Assembly: GCA_963815455.1 (NCBI GenBank)
Contig: CAWFGO010000003.1
Coordinates: 160,001-224,000 of the forward strand
Length of the DNA stretch: 64,000 nucleotides
DNA from: an uncultured Verrucomicrobiae bacterium
GTDB taxonomy: Bacteria; Verrucomicrobiota; Verrucomicrobiia; Chthoniobacterales; UBA10450
Reading direction: 5' to 3'
The notes under the pieces were generated by a model. That model was not told the origin of the DNA. It worked only from the letters and a program-made list of their open reading frames with translations, and searched no databases. Positions 1 to 14,159 of this stretch are shown here, piece after piece (positions within the stretch are counted from its first letter, which is position 1; the number at the start of each line of letters is the position of its first letter). The translations under genes and the position numbers were made by a program.

Positions 1-657
1 TTGATCGGCCTCGTCGCCCTTGTCAGTATCACGGGCACGCTTGTCATTCTGCGTTACCATTGGCTGGCCCAGACTCCGGAAACGCGGCGCCTGCTCTGGA
101 TTCTGCTGCTCTTGCTGGGCAGCTCCATACTTGGCCTGTTGACCAGTTTTATCATCAGCGGTTTCAACCTCTTCCATTCGTTACCGGAGAAATTCCCGGG
201 CCGGGAAAAGCTGATCGAGATTGCTGCCGCTTATCATCTGTATGCCCATCACTGGCGAGCAACACTGGTGGCATTGGGCGCTTCGATCCTCGCTCACCTG
301 GCGACATTCATGACCTTCCTTTGCGCCGCTTATGCCCTACGCGCCAATGTTGCTGTCGTGGACTTCTTCGCCGTTATGCCGATCGAACGAACAATCTCGG
401 CCCTGCCAATCAGTTTCGCCGGCGTCGGTATTCGCGAAAAAGTGCTCCAGATCATGTTGAATGGCCTGTGCGGCATTCCGGAATCGGTCGCCGTGCTGAT
501 TGGCTCGCTTAGTTTTCTCGTCATGCTGCTTTGTTCCGCTCCCGGCGCAGTCGTCTATTTCTTCTACAAGCCCAGTGTCGCGATCGCTCACGTAAAACTG
601 CGCGACATGAAACAGGAGGTCGCGACACTCGAGCATGAAATCGCCGAAGCGGAATAA
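1..657 (+). CDS. Lysylphosphatidylglycerol-synthase TM-region / flippase-like membrane protein (5' partial)
   Basis: Multi-TM hydrophobic ORF with family-like motif ALPISFAGVGIRE; open at window start. Confidence 0.7.
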   Translation: MIGLVALVSITGTLVILRYHWLAQTPETRRLLWILLLLLGSSILGLLTSFIISGFNLFHSLPEKFPGREKLIEIAAAYHLYAHHWRATLVALGASILAHLATFMTFLCAAYALRANVAVVDFFAVMPIERTISALPISFAGVGIREKVLQIMLNGLCGIPESVAVLIGSLSFLVMLLCSAPGAVVYFFYKPSVAIAHVKLRDMKQEVATLEHEIAEAE

Positions 658-1369
658 GCGAGCGCCCGCCCGCCGAAGATCGACATCTGTTCGTCCGTTC
701 GTCATGGCTACATTCGCCATGACCGTGGACGGCAAGATCACCACGAAAAATTTCTCGCCCGTCGATTTCACTTCGCCCGAAGACAAGATGCATTTGTTCC
801 GGCAACGCGCGCTTGCTGACGCCGTGCTGGTTGGGCACACAACCTTGGAGCGAGATAATGTGCGCCTCGGTCTCCCGCTGAATCTTCAGGAAGAACGAAT
901 CAAACACGGGCAAACCCGAGCGCCTCTGCGCGTGATCGTTTCCAATCGGGGCAGGATCGACAATCGTCTGAAGATTTTTCGATCCGATATTTCGCCAATC
1001 TTGATTTTCTCTACAACGGGAATGCCGAAGAAATTTCAATCCGCGCTGGGGAAGAAAGCGACATTGCATTTGAGCCGATCCAAACATGTCGATCTTGCCG
1101 GCATGCTGCGGACACTGCGGACCAAATATCGCGTGCGCAAGGTCGCCTGCGAAGGCGGGGCGACCCTTTTTCGATCGCTGCTCGAGCGTGGCCTGGTCGA
1201 TCAGCTCAATCTCACCATTGCGCCTTACCTGTTCGGTGGCGCCGGCGCTCCGACGCTCACCGGTCTGAGCAAGGATTTTCTCCCGGCCAGCGTACACTGC
1301 CGCCTCATCGACATGCGCGCGATTGGCGCTGAATGCTTTCTGACCTACCGAATCAAACGCAAGCGCTGA
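635..1369 (+). CDS. RibD C-terminal / dihydrofolate-reductase-like pyrimidine reductase
   Basis: Motifs AMTVDGKI, ADAVLVGHTT, CEGGATL, LVDQLNLTIAP. Confidence 0.8.
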   Translation: MKSPKRNKRAPARRRSTSVRPFVMATFAMTVDGKITTKNFSPVDFTSPEDKMHLFRQRALADAVLVGHTTLERDNVRLGLPLNLQEERIKHGQTRAPLRVIVSNRGRIDNRLKIFRSDISPILIFSTTGMPKKFQSALGKKATLHLSRSKHVDLAGMLRTLRTKYRVRKVACEGGATLFRSLLERGLVDQLNLTIAPYLFGGAGAPTLTGLSKDFLPASVHCRLIDMRAIGAECFLTYRIKRKR

Positions 1370-1371
1370 TC

Positions 1372-1851
1372 ATGCAGAAAAACAATTCAATTCTCATTCG
1401 CGCGCCGAAGATGTCGATCTTCGAGACGGCGGCGAACCTGGAGCTTTGGCCGAAGATTTTGCCGCACTACCGCTACATTCGTTATCTCGAGCGCAGCCCG
1501 AATCGAAATATCGTGGTGATGGCGGCCACGCGCTCGGGGATTCCGATTTCATGGACCTCGGAACAGATTATTGACCGCGACAAATGCGAAGTGCGCTTCA
1601 ATCATCTGAAAGCCTTCACCAAGGGGATGCAGGTCGTCTGGACGTTTGGGGAAACTCCGGAGGGCGTCCTCGTTGAAATCGTGCACGACATGCGGTTTCG
1701 CATTCCTGCGCTGGCGCCGATTTTCGATCCTCTCATCGGCAATTTCTTCATTCACAACGTTGCCAACAAAACTTTGCGTTGTATGAAGGTCTATGTCGAA
1801 GGTCAGCAAACCTGTAGCGGCGATCTCCGACCGCCGGGAGTGATTGCATGA
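1372..1851 (+). CDS. SRPBCC/START-fold polyketide cyclase-dehydrase-like protein
   Basis: IRAP...ANLELWPKILPHY pattern; ATG at 1372 just after upstream stop; last ~12 codons overlap a REP. Confidence 0.7.
   Translation: MQKNNSILIRAPKMSIFETAANLELWPKILPHYRYIRYLERSPNRNIVVMAATRSGIPISWTSEQIIDRDKCEVRFNHLKAFTKGMQVVWTFGETPEGVLVEIVHDMRFRIPALAPIFDPLIGNFFIHNVANKTLRCMKVYVEGQQTCSGDLRPPGVIA
1813..1836 (+). repeat. TGTAGC-type REP palindrome inside 3' end of SRPBCC gene
   Basis: tgtagcggcgatctccgaccgccg; related copies at 13626-13648 (-), 30434, 48576, 50912. Confidence 0.7.
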
Positions 1852-3089
1852 GCCGAAGACGCGTTGTCATCACCGGAATCGGTCCGATCACCTGCATCGG
1901 ACGTGGTCGCGAAAATTTCTGGAACGGCATTTTGGCCGAAAAGACCGGGATCGGCCCGATCTCGAGTTTCGATAACAGCGCGTTCAACGTTCGCTGCGCG
2001 GGCGAGATTCGCGATTGGAATGCGGAGGAATTTTTCGCGCCGCATCGACTGAAACGGCTCGATCGATACGCCCAGTTTGCCGTTGCCTCCGCGAAGCTGG
2101 CTCTTGATGACGCCGGAATCGATTACTCTCACGATCGTCCGCAGGATCGAATCGGCGTGAGCTTCGGCACCGCGCTGGGGGGCGTGTGCAAGGCCGAAGA
2201 ACAGTACATTCGGTTCTTAAAGAAAGGCGCCCGCGGTGTGCAGCCGACTTTGGCCGTCCAGGTTTTCGGGGGCTCGGCCCATTCCAACATCGCCATCGAT
2301 TTCGGTTTTCGTGGTGTCGGCACGACCAATTCAAATAGTTGCGCCAGTGGCACCGTGTCGGTCGGCGAGGCGCTTCGTTACATTCGGGACGATTTCGCCG
2401 ATGTGATCGTGGCCGGAGGGGCGGAAGCTCCACTGACCGCTATCACTGTGGGCGCGTTCGACATCATCAAGACGATGAGTCGCAATGAAGATCCGGCGCA
2501 GGCGTCTCGCCCGTTCGATCTTTTGCGCGACGGCTTTGTCATGGGCGAAGGCGCGGCCTCACTCGTTCTCGAGGAGATTGGACATGCGCGCAGTCGTGGT
2601 GCGCATATCTATGCCGAAGTGCTCGGTTACAGCCTGAACAACGACGCTTTTCACATGACCACACCGTTGCCGACGGGAGAATCGTGCGTGCGAGCGATGC
2701 GAGATGCACTGGCCGATGCTGAACTCGCTTCAAGCAAGATCGATTATATCAATGCCCACGCCAGCTCGACTCAGCTAAACGACAGCGCTGAGACCGCGTC
2801 GATCAAACAAGTCTTTGGCGACCACGCCAAAAAGATTCCGGTCAGCGGCACCAAGGGTTATCATGCCCATCCGCTCGGCGCGACCGGCGCGATCGAAGCG
2901 GCGTTGTGCGCGCTGGCCCTAGATCGACAATGGATTCCGCCCACGATCAACTATCGAAATCCCGATCCTGCGTGCGATCTCGATGTTGTGCCAAATCACG
3001 GCCGTAGCGCCGAGTTGAATTATGTCCTGAGCAATTCGTTCGGCTTCGGCGGAATCAACGCCTGCGTGGTTCTCGGGAAAGCCAGGTAG
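1848..3089 (+). CDS. fabF: Beta-ketoacyl-ACP synthase II family (FabF-like)
   Basis: RRVVITGIG, catalytic Cys in SNSCASG, RPFD..RDGFVMGEGA, NAH, NSFGFGG. Confidence 0.85.
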   Translation: MSRRRVVITGIGPITCIGRGRENFWNGILAEKTGIGPISSFDNSAFNVRCAGEIRDWNAEEFFAPHRLKRLDRYAQFAVASAKLALDDAGIDYSHDRPQDRIGVSFGTALGGVCKAEEQYIRFLKKGARGVQPTLAVQVFGGSAHSNIAIDFGFRGVGTTNSNSCASGTVSVGEALRYIRDDFADVIVAGGAEAPLTAITVGAFDIIKTMSRNEDPAQASRPFDLLRDGFVMGEGAASLVLEEIGHARSRGAHIYAEVLGYSLNNDAFHMTTPLPTGESCVRAMRDALADAELASSKIDYINAHASSTQLNDSAETASIKQVFGDHAKKIPVSGTKGYHAHPLGATGAIEAALCALALDRQWIPPTINYRNPDPACDLDVVPNHGRSAELNYVLSNSFGFGGINACVVLGKAR

Positions 3090-3160
3090 GGACGTTTCTC
3101 CGAAACGTCCGACTAATCGATTCCAGTATTACGGACGCGCCGGAGGTGCGTCCCTACCTG
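3083..3160. repeat. GTAGGGAC-type REP doublet (REPIN) between convergent fabF and trmD
   Basis: caggtagggacg...cgtccctacctg inverted arms, each with an internal hairpin; similar at 27478 and 40337. Confidence 0.85.
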
Positions 3161-3875
3161 ATAGTAAATCAGGCCGATTCGCGCGTGTGCGCTTTGCGCT
3201 TTGCTCTTTCCGCCACTTCGCGATCTCGGCGTGATTTCCGGAAAACAGAATCTCCGGAACCTTCCAGCCGCGGAAATCAGCCGGGCGTGTATACTGTGGC
3301 GCTTCGAGCAGACCGGTACTGAAACTGTCATCAGCCGCGGAGTTTTCATCACCGAGCACCCCCGGCAGCAATCGAACCACCGCATCGACAAGAACAACCG
3401 CGGCGATTGCCCCATTGGTCAGAACATAGTCGCCGATCGAAATCTCAAGATCGACCAGGTGCTCGATTACGCGATGATCGACTCCTTCATAGTGACCACA
3501 AATTATTATTAGGTGCGATTCGCGGGATAACTCCTCCGCCGTTGACTGAACAAAACGTCGTCCCGCCGGTGACATCAGAATCACTTTCGGTTTCTGTAAT
3601 TGGACGTTGGGTGTTGGACGTTGGGCGTTGGACATTTTCTGCCTTTCATCACGCAGCTCCTCCACCGCCGCAAAAATCGGCTCCGGTTTCATCACCATCC
3701 CCTGCCCTCCTCCGAACGGAGCGTCGTCCACCACGTGATGTTTGTCGGTGGTCCAGTCCCGCAGGTTATGAATGCGAAGATCGACAATTTCTTTTTCCTG
3801 CGCCCGCTTCATGATGCTCTCGTTCAGCGGCGCACGGCAGATCTCTGGAAAAAGCGTGAGGATGTCGATCTTCAT
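3129..3875 (-). CDS. trmD: tRNA (guanine-N1)-methyltransferase
   Basis: [53 protein letters not shown]. Confidence 0.95.
   Translation of the reverse strand: MKIDILTLFPEICRAPLNESIMKRAQEKEIVDLRIHNLRDWTTDKHHVVDDAPFGGGQGMVMKPEPIFAAVEELRDERQKMSNAQRPTPNVQLQKPKVILMSPAGRRFVQSTAEELSRESHLIIICGHYEGVDHRVIEHLVDLEISIGDYVLTNGAIAAVVLVDAVVRLLPGVLGDENSAADDSFSTGLLEAPQYTRPADFRGWKVPEILFSGNHAEIAKWRKEQSAKRTRANRPDLLSGRDAPPARP
3600..3634. repeat. Five tandem 7-mers within trmD
   Basis: ttggacg ttgggtg ttggacg ttgggcg ttggaca. Confidence 0.85.
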
Positions 3876-3968
3876 TCCATTTTCACACAACGGTCACAAC
3901 GGATACCAAGGGAACAAATCAAGCTCTCCTTGGCCGTTGTTTCCTTTGTGTCCTTTGTGAGAAAAGAA

Positions 3969-4199
3969 CTACTCGACGATCTCGAGCGTGGCGCGCTGGC
4001 CGTGTCGCGACGCGGAACTATTTAGCAATGCGCGAATGGCCTGAATCGTCTGGCCGTTGCGCCCGATAATGCGCCCGACATCGCTTTGACGCAGCTGGAG
4101 CTTGAAAATAGTTGTTTTGCCGCCTGGAATTTCCGTGAGCATCATCTCGTCGGGAAACTCCACGAGCTGGCGAATGATGAACTCGAGAAATTCTTTCAT
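3969..4199 (-). CDS. khpA: KH-domain RNA-binding protein (KhpA/YlqC family)
   Basis: [19 protein letters not shown] motif; follows rpsP. Confidence 0.85.
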   Translation of the reverse strand: MKEFLEFIIRQLVEFPDEMMLTEIPGGKTTIFKLQLRQSDVGRIIGRNGQTIQAIRALLNSSASRHGQRATLEIVE

Positions 4200-4612
4200 G
4201 CCGACTCGGGCGGCGGGGGTGCAGTCGTTTCGGCTGGCGGAGGCGTTGTATCAGCTGCTTCAGCCGGTGGAGGTGTTCCCGTCGGCTCACTTGCAACGGA
4301 AACTGGCGGAGCCACTGTCGCGCGTGCAGCTTTTTTTGCTGCCGCCGCTTCAGCTGCTTTCGCCGCAGCCTCTGGGTTCTTGTTTTTCTTGATCAAGCTT
4401 CGCACCGTGTCGGACGGCTGGGCGCCTTTGCTGATCCAGTATTCGGCCCGATCGAGTTTGAGCGTGCTGTTGTTGCCGGCCTTCTTCGGATCGTAGGTGC
4501 CGATAATTTCGATGAATTTGCCATCGCGCGGGCTTCTGCTGTCCGCGACGACTACTTTATAATACGGGCTATTTAGCGACCCTTCTCTGCGTAATCTGAT
4601 TGAAACTGCCAT
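4196..4612 (-). CDS. rpsP: 30S ribosomal protein S16 with Ala/Pro-rich tail
   Basis: MAVSIRLRR...[22 protein letters not shown]...GAQPSDTV. Confidence 0.95.
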   Translation of the reverse strand: MAVSIRLRREGSLNSPYYKVVVADSRSPRDGKFIEIIGTYDPKKAGNNSTLKLDRAEYWISKGAQPSDTVRSLIKKNKNPEAAAKAAEAAAAKKAARATVAPPVSVASEPTGTPPPAEAADTTPPPAETTAPPPPESA

Positions 4613-4613
4613 G

Positions 4614-5933
4614 TTATTTTTTCATTCGCGCCATTTGCGCCATCATTTTTTTCATTTTCCCCGTGCTCTTCATCATTTTGCGCATTTGATCGAAACGCCG
4701 GAGCAAATCGTTCACCTGCGTGACGGTCGTGCCGCTTCCACGCGCGATGCGCTGACGCCGCCGCGCATTTAAGATGTCGGGGCGGGTCCGCTCCTCGCTG
4801 GTCATCGAAAGCACAATGGCTTCCGTGCGCTTGAGCTGCTTCTCGTCAACTGAGAGGCCCTGCACGTTACCCATCCCGGGCAACATGCCAAGAATATTCT
4901 CCAAAGGGCCCATTTTTTTCATCATTCTGAATTGGGCCAGGAAATCGTTGAAATCGAACGATGCGCTCCGCAATTTGCGCTCCATCCGCGCGGCTTCCTC
5001 CTCATCTACTGCTTCGGCCGCCTTTTCGACCAGGCCAACCACGTCGCCCATTCCAAGAATTCGTCCGGCCAGACGGTCCGGAACAAAAAGCTCGAACTGA
5101 TCGAGTTTTTCTCCGGTTCCGGCAAACTTGATCGGACGTTGGGTGACGGCCCGCATCGACAGCGCCGCCCCGCCGCGGGCATCCCCATCGAGCTTGGTTA
5201 AAATAATTCCCGTGATCTGAAGCGCCTCGTTAAAATGCGTGGCCACGCTCACGGCGCGTTGACCGGTGGCAGCGTCGACCACGAGTAGAATTTCCTGCGG
5301 CTGCAAGAAATCGCTCAGCGCTTTGATCTCGTCGATCAACGGTCGATCGATCTCCTGGCGGCCGGCCGTGTCGAAGATGTCGATGTTGGCTGATTGCTGC
5401 TCCGCCCATTCCAGACTGGCGGCGGCGGCGCGCTCCACATTTTTCTCGCTCGAATCGGGCCTGAACACAGGCACATCAATTTGTTTTCCCAGTGTGGCCA
5501 ACTGTTCGATCGCCGCCGGCCGTTGCAAATCGCAGGCGACCAGGACCGGCGTGCGTCCTTGTTTTTTCAAGAAATGCGCGAGTTTCGCCGAGGACGTTGT
5601 TTTGCCGGAACCATTGAGACCCACGATCAAAATTCGCGTTTTTTCTGCCAGGCGCAGGGGCTCGGAATTGCCGCCCAGCAACGCGGTCAATTCTTCATGA
5701 AAAATCTTAACGATCTGCTGGCCTGGGGTGATGCTGCGCACGACCTCTTCGCCCAGCGCTTTTTCTTTAACCCGGGAAATGAAATCTTTAGCCACCTGAA
5801 AATCGACATCGGCCTCAAGCAAGGCCAGCCGGACCTGCCGTAAGGCGCTGTCGATGTTCGTCTCGCTGATCCTGCCGTGACCGCGCAGGTCTTTGAAGAT
5901 GTCCTGAAGCTTGTCGCTGAGCTGTGGAAACAT
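4614..5933 (-). CDS. ffh: Signal recognition particle protein
   Basis: [31 protein letters not shown], Met-rich M domain. Confidence 0.95.
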   Translation of the reverse strand: MFPQLSDKLQDIFKDLRGHGRISETNIDSALRQVRLALLEADVDFQVAKDFISRVKEKALGEEVVRSITPGQQIVKIFHEELTALLGGNSEPLRLAEKTRILIVGLNGSGKTTSSAKLAHFLKKQGRTPVLVACDLQRPAAIEQLATLGKQIDVPVFRPDSSEKNVERAAAASLEWAEQQSANIDIFDTAGRQEIDRPLIDEIKALSDFLQPQEILLVVDAATGQRAVSVATHFNEALQITGIILTKLDGDARGGAALSMRAVTQRPIKFAGTGEKLDQFELFVPDRLAGRILGMGDVVGLVEKAAEAVDEEEAARMERKLRSASFDFNDFLAQFRMMKKMGPLENILGMLPGMGNVQGLSVDEKQLKRTEAIVLSMTSEERTRPDILNARRRQRIARGSGTTVTQVNDLLRRFDQMRKMMKSTGKMKKMMAQMARMKK

Positions 5934-5960
5934 GACGTTAGTCTCTTGAGGGAAAGAATC

Positions 5961-6008
5961 GTTTCGGCGAGGCGCCGAAACCAGCACGCGAGGGCGCGTG
6001 CGCTCCCC
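5961..6008. repeat. Free GGGAGC-type REP, same family as the arms flanking the RAYT inside metH
   Basis: gtttcggcgaggcgccgaaaccagcacgcgagggcgcgtgcgctcccc closely matches 11261-11309. Confidence 0.85.
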
Positions 6009-6025
6009 ATATCGTCATCGCGCAG

Positions 6026-7273
6026 CTATTTCTTCGGAGCCGGTGCGCCGGTGGCGGCTTCTTCAATTCCAAAAGTCCAGTGCGCTTCGATCTTCTTGCC
6101 TTCGGATTTTGCCGTCAGAATTACCGTGCAAGTGTTGTCGCGCAGTTTCTGCGTCACCTGGTAGGAGGCGGTTCCGGTTTTGGGGTCGTAGCTGGCCGGA
6201 ACCAATCCCAGACCACTCATGCGCATTTGCACACTGGCCGGATCGATCTGACCAATCGAACTCAAGTTCGCCTTGATCAACGGCAGGGCCGTTCTGATCG
6301 TTTCACCATCCGTTGGCTGTGTTTGGAGATTATCGGCTCCGACCGCTGCGACGGCCGATGCGCCACCCGTGGAAGTGCCGATCATCTTGATCGCATCGGC
6401 AAACACCTTTGGTTTGTTGGCTTCGATGGCGTAACGACCCAACGAATCGAGCGACGAAGTAAACGTGAGGGGCTGCCCATAAACGGTGAACATTGCTTCG
6501 TAGCCGGCATTCCGGGCGACTTCCTTGACGTGTTCGTTGTAATTACCGAACGGCACGGCGTAGCAATTGACCTTGATCGCCAGCTTTTGCTCGAGCAAGT
6601 CTTTGCAGCCGACGACTTCTTTCTGCAGCCATTGCTCGTAGTCGGCGCCGGTCAGTTTCTTCTTGGTTCTCTTCCCGCCGGGCTCGAAAATCGTGATGGT
6701 ATGTCCTTCGCGCAGGTCCTGATGGGTCGCAGAGTGCGCCTCGATATCGACCCCATTGTCGCGCATATCCGCGAGCTGCTCCCAGGTGATGGCTTCGCCT
6801 CCGCCTAACAGATTACCTCGTATTCCCTCGGTATAAATGAAGAGGGTAACCGGATAACCGTATTTTTTTAGAATCGGCCAGGCCACTTCATATTGCGACT
6901 TCCAGCCGTCGTCGAAAGAGATGACCGCACAACGCGGCGGAATATTTTTCTCTCCCCGCCTCCAGGCCAGATAATCCTGAAGCCCGATTACCGTAATGCC
7001 TTTGTCCTTCAGCATTTTCATTTGCGCTTCAAAGTCGGCCGTTTTGATCTCGGTCCCTGGATAGCGGACTTTATCGACAAGCCGGTGGTAACAAAAAATA
7101 ATGGTCTGGGCCGTTTGATCGACAACGGTCCGGCCGGCTTTCGACGCCGAGGGATTCGTGGCGGCAGCCGGGGCCGGATTAGCCGCTGGCGCGCCGGCAG
7201 CGAACGCGTCGCATTCGAAAGTGAGGATGCCAAGCGCCAAAAACAAAAACGAAAGGAAAAATCGGTTGATCAT
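6026..7273 (-). CDS. Secreted polysaccharide deacetylase (NodB/CE4 family)
   Basis: Signal peptide; FCYHR, ISFDDG, EAHSATH, YAVPFG motifs. Confidence 0.85.
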   Translation of the reverse strand: MINRFFLSFLFLALGILTFECDAFAAGAPAANPAPAAATNPSASKAGRTVVDQTAQTIIFCYHRLVDKVRYPGTEIKTADFEAQMKMLKDKGITVIGLQDYLAWRRGEKNIPPRCAVISFDDGWKSQYEVAWPILKKYGYPVTLFIYTEGIRGNLLGGGEAITWEQLADMRDNGVDIEAHSATHQDLREGHTITIFEPGGKRTKKKLTGADYEQWLQKEVVGCKDLLEQKLAIKVNCYAVPFGNYNEHVKEVARNAGYEAMFTVYGQPLTFTSSLDSLGRYAIEANKPKVFADAIKMIGTSTGGASAVAAVGADNLQTQPTDGETIRTALPLIKANLSSIGQIDPASVQMRMSGLGLVPASYDPKTGTASYQVTQKLRDNTCTVILTAKSEGKKIEAHWTFGIEEAATGAPAPKK

Positions 7274-7404
7274 AAGGAGGTAAGAGGCCTTTATGCGCAG
7301 CAGCGCAAAAAACAAGCAGTTTTTGCATCTGATCGTTTCGAAAATGAGGCTCAGGGGAAAAACGGGGTGGCACAGAAGACGCTTCGTTGTTATCTATTTA
7401 AGAG

Positions 7405-8124
7405 ATGTCGCGATTGATTGTTCGAGGGCTTGGTCTGTGCCTGGGCGTTTTAGTTGCAAGCTGCACGACTGTCTCGACGACGAGAGATACCAGCAGGACT
7501 TTTAGCACCGTCGTAGTGGATGCCGGGCACGGCGGAAAAGATAATGGCGCCTATCGGCGGTTCGGCGGAGCGGAGAAGGTCGCCACCCTTGATGTCGCAA
7601 AACGCCTCGAGCGCAAACTGCGCGAGTCCCAATTAAGGACGGTGATGACGCGGACTTCAGATGCTTTCATTCCACTCGATCAACGGGTCGCGATCGAGAA
7701 CGCACAGAAGAATTCCATTTTTGTAAGCATCCATTTCAACGATTCGCGCAAACGAGCCATTAATGGGTTCGAAACATATTACCACTCCGCGGATTCTGCT
7801 GGGCTTGCCCATCGGATTCAATCCAAGCTAATGACCATCCCGCGATCCACGAACCGGGGTGTGCGCAGCGCCAACTTCCGGGTTCTTCGCCAGGCGGCAT
7901 ATCCAGCGGTTTTGGTCGAGTGCGGGTTCCTGAGCAATCGGAAGGACGGCAAACAGGCGCGCGATTCCGAATATCGAGAAATGCTGGCCGACCGAATTGC
8001 CGAGGCGATTGTCGAACATCGTTACGGGCCCGGCCAATATCGCGCACCCGCGCAGGCCACGGCCCAAGTCCGGGAACGGGGCCAAGACCCGGGCCAGGTC
8101 CCGTCCGTTCTCCGCCACTATTAG
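7405..8124 (+). CDS. N-acetylmuramoyl-L-alanine amidase (Amidase_3), probable lipoprotein
   Basis: VVVDAGHGGKD, FVSIHFN, PAVLVECGFLSN; lipobox-like LVASC. Confidence 0.9.
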   Translation: MSRLIVRGLGLCLGVLVASCTTVSTTRDTSRTFSTVVVDAGHGGKDNGAYRRFGGAEKVATLDVAKRLERKLRESQLRTVMTRTSDAFIPLDQRVAIENAQKNSIFVSIHFNDSRKRAINGFETYYHSADSAGLAHRIQSKLMTIPRSTNRGVRSANFRVLRQAAYPAVLVECGFLSNRKDGKQARDSEYREMLADRIAEAIVEHRYGPGQYRAPAQATAQVRERGQDPGQVPSVLRHY

Positions 8125-9353
8125 AACTCCTTTCCCCGCTCTTCACGCCCAAGGGTCGTGATAAGGATGAGGGCGACGAAGACGACCAGCAGGAAAACCG
8201 CCAGCGTTGTCGCGTAATTGGGCGCGCCGTGCGCATCCCGGAATTTCTCGGCAATGTATGCCTGCACCATCGCGGCGTTAGCCGAGAAGAAACTGCCGAG
8301 TTGGTAGGATAAACCGGCAAATGTCCCGCGGCATTCTGCTGGGGCCAGTTCGTTTAAATGGACCGGCACCACGCCCCATGCGCCTTGCACCATGAATTGC
8401 ATGAGAAATCCGCCTGTAACCAGGAGCGGTATGGTCGGTGAATAAACCCAGAGCGGGATCAATAGAATACCAAGCGTCGCCGCAGTGATAATCGTTCGGC
8501 GGCGGCCAAGCCCTTGCGAGAGTGCGCCAAACCATGCGCCCCCGCAGATGGCACCCAGATTATAAATGATGGCCACAATTGCCTTTTGATCGACGTCGAG
8601 ACCGCGCTGCTTTTCCAGAAACGTCGGGTAAATATCCTGGGTCCCGTGCGACATATACATGAAAGCCGTCATCAGCAGGGTTGCGTACAGAAACGAAGCC
8701 CAATGTTGGCGCAGCGCGCGCAGGACACCGAACGGGCTCTCGACAATCCGCGCCTTGTCCCGTTGCCACACCGGCGATTCGGGCACGTGCGTGCGTATGT
8801 AAATCACAAGGAGCGCCGGCAAAGCGCCCGCCACAAACATCCCTCTCCAGCCAAACGTTGGAAAAACCAGCCAGTACACAACGGCCGCGAGCAAATAACC
8901 GACGGCGTACCCCTGCTGCAGGATCCCCGAGAATAACCCCCGTGCCTTCGTCGGTAGCGTCTCCATCGCCAGCGATGCCCCCAATCCCCATTCACCGCCC
9001 ATTCCAATGCCGAAAAGCGCCCGCAAGATCAGAAAGACGGTGTAATTGGGAGCAAACGCGGTCAGCAATTCCATCACCGAATAAAAGACGATGTCGATGA
9101 TGAGCGGCATCCGTCGGCCGAACCGATCGCCCAGCCAGCCGAAAAGCAGCGCACCTACGGGTCGCATCATCAGGGTCAGCGTGAGGGCGAATGCGATCTG
9201 AGGGACGCCGCAGTTGAACTCATGCCCCACTGCCGGCATCACGAAGGTGAGCAGAAAAAAATCGAGCGCATCCAGGGCCCAACCCAGGAAACAGGCGATG
9301 AAAGTGTTGCGTTGATCGCGGTTAAGCGATTTCAAAAGCCGGATCGCCTCCAT
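8121..9353 (-). CDS. MFS transporter, sialate/carboxylate:H+ symporter-like
   Basis: GWALDALDFF, GDRFGRR, GIGMGGEWG, SGILQQGY, SHGTQDIYPTFL. Confidence 0.85.
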   Translation of the reverse strand: MEAIRLLKSLNRDQRNTFIACFLGWALDALDFFLLTFVMPAVGHEFNCGVPQIAFALTLTLMMRPVGALLFGWLGDRFGRRMPLIIDIVFYSVMELLTAFAPNYTVFLILRALFGIGMGGEWGLGASLAMETLPTKARGLFSGILQQGYAVGYLLAAVVYWLVFPTFGWRGMFVAGALPALLVIYIRTHVPESPVWQRDKARIVESPFGVLRALRQHWASFLYATLLMTAFMYMSHGTQDIYPTFLEKQRGLDVDQKAIVAIIYNLGAICGGAWFGALSQGLGRRRTIITAATLGILLIPLWVYSPTIPLLVTGGFLMQFMVQGAWGVVPVHLNELAPAECRGTFAGLSYQLGSFFSANAAMVQAYIAEKFRDAHGAPNYATTLAVFLLVVFVALILITTLGREERGKEF

Positions 9354-9365
9354 AAATGAAACTAA

Positions 9366-9503
9366 AAATTCGAATATCGAAATTCGAAACATTTTTCAAA
9401 ACCCAAATGAAGAACCAATTCGCCGAGCGCAGCTTTGCCTTTCGGCTATTGCAATTTCGGATTTCGGACTTGTTTCGTCATTCGACATTCGTGCTTCGAC
9501 ATT
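9366..9503. repeat. Inverted pair of degenerate 7-mer tandem arrays
   Basis: aaattcgaatatcgaaattcgaaac ... tttcggatttcggacttgtttcgtcattcgacattcgtgcttcgacatt; same family as 17428-17537. Confidence 0.6.
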
Positions 9504-9647
9504 AGGCTATCTTAGACTTTGCCCGGCGGACGACACGATTCTGAGCAGGAGCATGATCGCGAGGGGGAACATAACACATCTACGCATCATGATGCGTCAA
9601 TTTGTTCCTTGATCGCGGGCAGAAATGCGGTTTAGTCCCCAGCTATC

Positions 9648-14155
<4,508 letters not shown>

Positions 14156-14159
<4 letters not shown>

